Position numbers and translations under genes: made by a program. A DNA stretch of 64,000 nucleotides from a virus. Lineage: Duplodnaviria; Caudoviricetes. Positions 58,357-64,000 of the stretch are shown in pieces. The stretch spans positions 67,977 to 131,976 of IMG/VR virus record IMGVR_UViG_2974624810_000001, one strand, 5' to 3'. Below the pieces are notes generated by a model. It ran no database searches and was not told the DNA's origin. It was given only the letters and a program-made list of their open reading frames with translations. Position 1 is the first letter of the stretch. The number at the start of each line of letters is the position of its first letter.

Positions 58357-58632
58357 TTAATGATTTTCCGGGTGACAGCAATTCTTTCCGTCGCAGTCAC
58401 AGGGCATGTCATGCGCTCCGAAATCACAGCACATACAGTCCATGATAATTACCGAGCGATGCGAAGCGTATGAGATTACATTCTCTCGCTGCGTTGCCTC
58501 GTTGAAGAAATGCACCATTCGCTTTCCGTTGTGAGTGCCAATGTTGCGAGTGATGTGACCAGTCATGTAGTATCCGTTATCGAAACGGATACGCTCGTGG
58601 ACGCCGATTTCCGAAAAGGGCTTACGCAGCAT
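58357..58632 (-). CDS. hypothetical protein, Cys-rich C-terminus
   Basis: Coupled to ParB-like gene. Confidence 0.5.
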   Translation of the reverse strand: MLRKPFSEIGVHERIRFDNGYYMTGHITRNIGTHNGKRMVHFFNEATQRENVISYASHRSVIIMDCMCCDFGAHDMPCDCDGKNCCHPENH

Positions 58633-58930
58633 TGCGCTCCTCCGAACGACTGTAGGGAAGTTCCTTGTTACGAACGATGGTAGCGAGAGAGACGGCTTGA
58701 ATGGTCTTGATTCCAAGGAGCCAAGCGGCTACAACTCGGTGCTGACCATTGTACACACAGCCATTCTGGAAATTGATAGGCATGTGAATACCCTCACGCT
58801 GTACGGACTCAATGAATGCCGGGCTCATTTCGTCCAGAAGACGAGCAAAAAGGTCCATGGTCGACTCGCCATCCTCACGGTCGGCAAAGTCAGCACGGGC
58901 CACGATTGCGTCAATGCTCAGCGTCTTCAT
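58622..58930 (-). CDS. stand-alone ParB/Srx-like domain protein
   Basis: S..REGI..PI...NGQHRV.AA..LG. Confidence 0.7.
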   Translation of the reverse strand: MKTLSIDAIVARADFADREDGESTMDLFARLLDEMSPAFIESVQREGIHMPINFQNGCVYNGQHRVVAAWLLGIKTIQAVSLATIVRNKELPYSRSEERNAA

Positions 58931-59160
58931 GTCTGTAGTCTAACAGACCAGACAGACAGGCACAAGCCTTTTTCAAAAAGTGTCCGGCCCGGACATGACT
59001 GAGGCCCCCGAAGGGGCCGGTAGTCAGAAAAGAATGAGCAGAACGAACAGGGCTACAATGAGCCAGACGTACCTATCAGGCATTCTCACTCGCCTCCCGA
59101 TACCAAGCATAGTGCGTGTAGAGATAGAAGTGAAGCCATTCCACGAAGTACATGACACTC

Positions 59161-59460
59161 CTAGAAGAGTTCGGGTCCGGACTCGCTGTCTTCCGTCCAG
59201 TCCTCAGTATACTCGATGAACTCGACGTTCAACAACCACGCGATAAGAACTCGGTGGTGTCCGTTGAAAACGGTGTTCGACTCCACCATGTAGATGATGG
59301 GGTCAAGGATGCCCTTGGAGCAAGATTCAACAAACTCAGGGTTTCCCTCAAAGAGGTCGTTGAACTTCTCTTCGAACATCTGCCAGGTGGTGTGACCCTT
59401 GGCCTCAGCATCATTGAAGATAGCCGACTCAATCAGCTTCGCAACAGATACCTTGGCCAT
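59161..59460 (-). CDS. stand-alone ParB/Srx-like domain protein (paralog)
   Basis: GILDPI...NGHHRV..A..L. Confidence 0.7.
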   Translation of the reverse strand: MAKVSVAKLIESAIFNDAEAKGHTTWQMFEEKFNDLFEGNPEFVESCSKGILDPIIYMVESNTVFNGHHRVLIAWLLNVEFIEYTEDWTEDSESGPELF

Positions 59461-59571
59461 GTCGCCCTCCTTGGCTTGATAGGTCTAGTCTACATGCCTA
59501 CAAGGGCTGTGTCTAGTGCCGGGCCAAATTGTCCGGGGCGGCCAAATGGGGCCCCGGAGGGCCCCATTGGG

Positions 59572-59844
59572 TCAGTCTTCGCTGGTGTCCTTCTGGCTCA
59601 CCAGCTTCGCACGGCCGAGCAGAGATGCGTCGGCCTCCTTCCACTTCTTGACCGGCTTGCCGACTCGCACACGGGGGAATCGAGCGATGATGGCACGCGC
59701 ACGGGTCTCGTCCGCCTCCAGGATGTCGAACCGCTGGAAGGGGGCACGGGTGGCGATGGGGCCGAACTCGATGTCCACCCCCTGGACAATCATGGCCACG
59801 CGGAGGGAGAGGGCGTCACGGACGGGAACGATACCGGCAATCAT
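59572..59844 (-). CDS. hypothetical protein
   Basis: RBS aggag. Confidence 0.55.
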   Translation of the reverse strand: MIAGIVPVRDALSLRVAMIVQGVDIEFGPIATRAPFQRFDILEADETRARAIIARFPRVRVGKPVKKWKEADASLLGRAKLVSQKDTSED

Positions 59845-60246
59845 GTGAACTCCTGAGAGTCGAAGTAAGCTGGGGTATTCAGTTATCAGAGACTTTGGCA
59901 GGAAGGGAAAAACCTCGTTTTGCGAGGCCCGTTGGCCTGTCCCCTTGTGCTACTCACTCTATCAGGCTGACCTAGTTGCAGTCAACCAGGTACTCAGGCT
60001 CGTCGTCCTCATCCGGAACGGTCCAGATGTCCGCCAGCCATCCGCTACGGATGACGCCGGTCGGCTCGTCCTCGACCTTTTCGACGTTCTTGCCAAGTCG
60101 GACGCCCATGATGGTCTCCTCTCGTTGGAAGGTTTCCCTCCCTCTCGATGTTCTAAGTCTACACGAAGGATGCGACAGACACAACACCCAACATTGTTAG
60201 CCTTGCTAAGTGTCCGGGGCGGACACGCCCCCGAAGGGGCGCACCG

Positions 60247-60438
60247 TCAGTCTCCCATGTCGTCCAAGTGGGAGTCGTCGAACTCGTCGAAGTCGTCGTC
60301 TTCCAGACGCTCGTCAGGCTCGAATTCCTGGAAGGTGTCTTCGAAGATGACCAGCCATGCCAGCCCGAACTTTTCTTCGGGGTTGCAGATGCCAGTGTGC
60401 ATCTCGCCGACGTTCGCCTTGCATTCCATGCACTGCAT
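60247..60438 (-). CDS. acidic small protein
   Basis: CMEC...H...C; D/E-rich tail. Confidence 0.5.
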   Translation of the reverse strand: MQCMECKANVGEMHTGICNPEEKFGLAWLVIFEDTFQEFEPDERLEDDDFDEFDDSHLDDMGD

Positions 60439-60439
60439 G

Positions 60440-60655
60440 TCAGACTCCGTCCCACTTGACAGCCACGAACATGTCCACGTTGTTGACCATGATGGCCAGT
60501 CGCGTACCGTTCTTGTCGGTCAGGTTGAACACTTCCTGCTCGCTGTACACGGCATCGTTCCATGCCGTGTTGATGGCATCGGGAGTCGTGTCCAGAATGT
60601 ACGCGTCCAGACTGTTGTCACGGCCCTTGAAGTAGAGCTTGACCCTGACGCCCAT
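60440..60655 (-). CDS. hypothetical protein
   Basis: RBS gagga. Confidence 0.55.
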   Translation of the reverse strand: MGVRVKLYFKGRDNSLDAYILDTTPDAINTAWNDAVYSEQEVFNLTDKNGTRLAIMVNNVDMFVAVKWDGV

Positions 60656-60775
60656 GACACATCCTCTCTTCCGGGAGTTTTTCTCCCTTTCGATGCTCTA
60701 ACTCTACACGACTATGCTGACATGCGCAAGGTGTCCGGGCCGGTCACCGGGCCCCGAAGGGCCCGGCAGGGAAGG

Positions 60776-61060
60776 TTACTTCTTCACCTTGGCACGCTTG
60801 TTGCTGTGGTTACCGTTCATGAGAGCGGTGAAGTCCAGCATGATGTTCTGCTTGAAGTTGGTCGCTCCGTGGAACTTGCCGTCCTGGTCACGGATGACGA
60901 TGCGAACCTCGGTGTTGTCGCTGCCCGGAGTGGTCTTCCAGGTCTCCAGACGGATGCTGTAGGTGGACTTGGAGCCCTTGACCTTGAAGCCCTCGGAGAT
61001 GGCGACGGAGGAAACGATGTTCTTGAACTCGACGTCGGTGGCCTTGGCGAGAGTGACCAT
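60776..61060 (-). CDS. hypothetical protein
   Basis: RBS aaggag; cassette. Confidence 0.6.
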   Translation of the reverse strand: MVTLAKATDVEFKNIVSSVAISEGFKVKGSKSTYSIRLETWKTTPGSDNTEVRIVIRDQDGKFHGATNFKQNIMLDFTALMNGNHSNKRAKVKK

Positions 61061-61203
61061 GAAAGGCTCCTTAGAGTCTTAGCTTGGGGTTCCTTCCCCC
61101 TTGCTGATAGCTAAAGTCTACACGACTCCAGGGACAAGTACAAGCCCTCAATATGTCCAAATTGCCCGTTGTCCGGGCCGGGCAGCCCCGAAGGGCCTCC
61201 CAG

Positions 61204-61530
61204 CTAATCAGCGAGGATTGCAGCCAGACGCTCACGCTGTGCACGGTCATGCGCACCGGAACGACTGCTGTATTCCTGAAACTCACTCACCGTGTCGATG
61301 GTGAAGTGTCCGTTTTCGTCCAGCTTGGCCACACGAACGGTGTAGCGTCGGGCGTAGTCGTCGTTACGCTCAGAGGTAACGAAGAACATTTCCTTTCCCT
61401 GAAGAGTGCTGTAGCAGATGTCCGAAATGCGCGAGTTCCACCAACGCATGGTCGAACCGCTGAAGAAGTGGTTACCCTGCTCCTGAGCGATGGCCTTGGC
61501 GTCTTCGATGGAAAACAGAACGTCACGCAT
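61204..61530 (-). CDS. conserved hypothetical protein
   Basis: G.HFF...TMRWW.SR...FVTSE....R.YTVR. Confidence 0.65.
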   Translation of the reverse strand: MRDVLFSIEDAKAIAQEQGNHFFSGSTMRWWNSRISDICYSTLQGKEMFFVTSERNDDYARRYTVRVAKLDENGHFTIDTVSEFQEYSSRSGAHDRAQRERLAAILAD

Positions 61531-61647
61531 GTTGTGTTCCTCTCGCTTGGTGTAAGTAGAGTCTAACACAGTACAAGGGCTCTGCACAACACCTACCGGG
61601 CCTTTTTGAAAATGTCCGACCCGGACAGGGCCCGAAGGCCCTGCCGG

Positions 61648-61977
61648 TTAGGTCAGCTTGGCCAGAAGGGCACTGATGTCATGCCTCAACTCAGCCTCGG
61701 AACGCATGCCACGCTCCTCCTTCAACTGACGCTCGAAGTAGGCACGCAGCTCGGTCTTGTTGTAGGGTCCGTACACACCCTTGTCGTCGGTGTAGTTGAT
61801 TTTCTCGAAGGGCGACGGGCAGGAACAACCGGAGTCGCTTGCCACGTAGTACCGGCCTCGGGTTTCCTTCCACACCATCGTGATGTTGAACTGCCAGGAC
61901 TCATGGTCCCAATCGAAGGAGTCGACGTAGGTCAGGCTGTCCAGCGAAACGCGCTTGGGCTTCGAAAGGTCAGTCAT
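61648..61977 (-). CDS. conserved hypothetical protein
   Basis: DSGCSCPSPFE motif. Confidence 0.65.
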   Translation of the reverse strand: MTDLSKPKRVSLDSLTYVDSFDWDHESWQFNITMVWKETRGRYYVASDSGCSCPSPFEKINYTDDKGVYGPYNKTELRAYFERQLKEERGMRSEAELRHDISALLAKLT

Positions 61978-62110
61978 GATGCCTCCTCGTTTTCGGTAAG
62001 ACCAGTCTACAGGACGAATTTTTGAGTCGCAACCCCTCAGACCGATTTTTTAGTCAGAATCCCAAATGCCCGATTTTTAGTCCGGGCCGGACGCCCGAAG
62101 GCGTCCCCCA

Positions 62111-62425
62111 TCACTCCCAGGGCTTCCAGTCAGACCAGTCCGCACCCTCACGGCTTTCGATGAGGATTTCCACCGTGTCACCCAGATGGTGATTCACGCT
62201 GTACAGCGACCGGTAGGGGTGAGACTGGTACTTGCGCTGAGTCTTGGCCCATGCTACCAGCTTCTCAGCCTGCTTACGCGAACGACAGGGCCACGCCTCC
62301 ACACAGACAGCGTAGTTGTACCACCAGTCACCCTCCTCCGCACCACCATAGGCACGGTCCAGCTCATAGATGTTGACCCAGTGCTTGTTCCGACGACGCT
62401 GACCCATACGCAGACCCTTGGCCAT
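62111..62425 (-). CDS. hypothetical protein
   Basis: DRAYGG.EEG.WWY motif. Confidence 0.65.
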   Translation of the reverse strand: MAKGLRMGQRRRNKHWVNIYELDRAYGGAEEGDWWYNYAVCVEAWPCRSRKQAEKLVAWAKTQRKYQSHPYRSLYSVNHHLGDTVEILIESREGADWSDWKPWE

Positions 62426-63374
62426 TTCCGCCTCCTTGTCGATGACCTAAGTCTAACAGAAGCCTAGGACAGATTCAACATGTCTAACAGGATTGGCAGT
62501 CATGTCCGCCCCGGACAAAAATTCAGACAGAAATTCACCCCTATTTTCTAAGGAAATCTAGGCGAAAATCCTTGAAAATAGGGGTGAATTTTTTCTGCAA
62601 TTGTTTTTCGAAGGTCAGAAGGGCACGATTTCGTTGTTTCCATCGCCACAAAGGCAATGTTTCGAGTGTCGAGCCCCAATCGGGGTCATTCCGGACTTTT
62701 CGAACCGAACAATCATGTCCGGGAACTGAGAAGTCGAAATCACGCCCGATTCGGTACGCAGACCGGCCCTTTCCAGAATCAAAGAGCCGGAATGCGTGAA
62801 TCTAGGGGCTTTCTTCCTACGAAGCATTTTTGCCCCTTTTGGTTACGCCAGTTCGGCCATGTGCGGGTAGGCGTCCCAGTCGAAGCCGTCCACACGGTCC
62901 GCATCCTGCACGTCACTCACAGGGAGGGACATGGTGGTGAAGACACCCGCATCACGGGCCTGCTCAAGAAGGTCACGAAGGTCCATGGTGTGTACTTCCT
63001 CTCGCTTGGTGTAGTACCAGTCTACACAGGTAGGGGTGTGGATGCAAGTACCCAAAATCGTGGGAATTTTTAGGGGCGCTTCGTACACGCGCGGGGGAAA
63101 TGTGGGGAATCTACGTAATGCCCCGTAAAAGGGCCTATATTCCCTATGTACCATATGTCCGTTTTGGCAGGGTTGGGTATGGTATGTACTACTATGCCCT
63201 ATATGTACCCCTATGTATGGGTATGTACCCAATGTCCGTTTTGCCCCATATGCCCGATGTCCGCCCCGGACAGACTTTACCTAAACGTTACCTAGATTCT
63301 TGCCTGATTAGGGTTGTATCCGGGCCGGGCATGGGTAGGATGTAGGCATAGCCACTACAGACCAGGGAGACACG

Positions 63375-63812
63375 ATGAACGCCACCACCACCCACCAGTG
63401 CCGCTACCAGAACGAGACTGCCGTTAGTTCCCGCATCCGTAGGCAGATTCTCTCTACTGTTCTCTACCTTGCTAGCCTTACGGGCCACAGTGACGGGGTC
63501 ACGTGGGCTACGTGCGTAGGGTGTGGGGAGCGTGCACACGTGGGGGGTACGCCTAGGGCTATGGACACGTTCAACCTGGGACACGTGCTGGCAGATGCTG
63601 AGGGTGGCATGTACTGCCCTTGCAACTTGCTTCCCCTGTGCAGGCAGTGCAACGCTGACATGGGTAAGGAAACCCTTACTGACGTACTCATTCCGGTTTA
63701 CGACAATCGCGAATGCTGGAACGGTAAGTTCATGGCCGACCCTGGCACCGTGGCTGCCAAGCCTGAGAGCAACCGGGGACGTGCCCGCTGGAACGTCCCT
63801 GTGAGCGCCTGA
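63375..63812 (+). CDS. HNH-like protein
   Basis: CVGCG...GHV..D..GG.....NL..LC..CN..MG. Confidence 0.7.
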   Translation: MNATTTHQCRYQNETAVSSRIRRQILSTVLYLASLTGHSDGVTWATCVGCGERAHVGGTPRAMDTFNLGHVLADAEGGMYCPCNLLPLCRQCNADMGKETLTDVLIPVYDNRECWNGKFMADPGTVAAKPESNRGRARWNVPVSA

Positions 63813-64000
63813 GAGCCTTTGAGAGTGCCCCCTAGGGTAGTTGTCCTAGGGGGCTAACTCATGCCCGTAGACGGGCGTACAGAGCTTTTGACAATGCTTT
63901 TCAGATGGCCTGCCTGCCCTCGTGGAACCTTCCCCGGAGAGTTTGTCAAGGGTTATGGGCGCACTATCCAAATTGTTACAAAGCTATGCGGAGCATGTAT

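Larger units (their letters stand above)
53947..63272. repeat. 15 dispersed copies of palindrome TGTCCG-N3-CGGACA
   Basis: Starts at 53947, 54563, 55744, 56313, 57473, 58324, 58981, 59530, 60211, 60732, 61170, 61613, 62079, 62503, 63258; all intergenic. Confidence 0.9.

Noticed and set aside
59945-61114. 389-aa + strand ORF
   Set aside because: Crosses several - strand cassettes, terminators and palindromes; GC-rich shadow.
53947-63272. CRISPR interpretation of the palindromic repeats
   Set aside because: Spacing of 400-1200 bp with genes between, degenerate repeats and no cas genes.

Overview
This window is part of a large actinobacteriophage genome, most likely a Streptomyces siphovirus of the big tRNA-rich type. 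The resemblance to cluster BE/BK-like phages is an inference from the WhiB, Lsr2, rIIA/B, FtsK and tmRNA content and HrdB-type TTGACA-N17/18-TAGAST promoters. Positions 1-52.7 kb are + strand and moderate GC. They hold the terminase large subunit, about 45 tRNA and tRNA-like genes, a tmRNA, HNH endonucleases, rIIA/rIIB, WhiB and NADAR. They also hold a broad RNA repair and quality-control kit: Ro60/TROVE, T4 Rnl1-type ligase, Pnkp, cyclic-phosphate receiver, metallophosphoesterase, pol-beta nucleotidyltransferase and a DEDDh exoribonuclease. Positions 52.7-54.1 kb are non-coding and contain DnaA-like boxes. Positions 54.1-63 kb are GC-richer, - strand small transcription cassettes, each bounded by a 15-bp palindrome, and are probably the early or terminal-repeat region. 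The three most striking observations are: (1) four topologically rewired tRNAs (Arg x3, Ile) whose D-loop lies 3' of the anticodon arm; (2) three Y RNA-like genes plus a tRNA-shaped RNA carrying a Ro60-binding motif in place of its anticodon, alongside a phage Ro60; (3) the palindrome-delimited gene cassettes. All calls were made by eye, so tRNA ends are good to about +/-2 nt.
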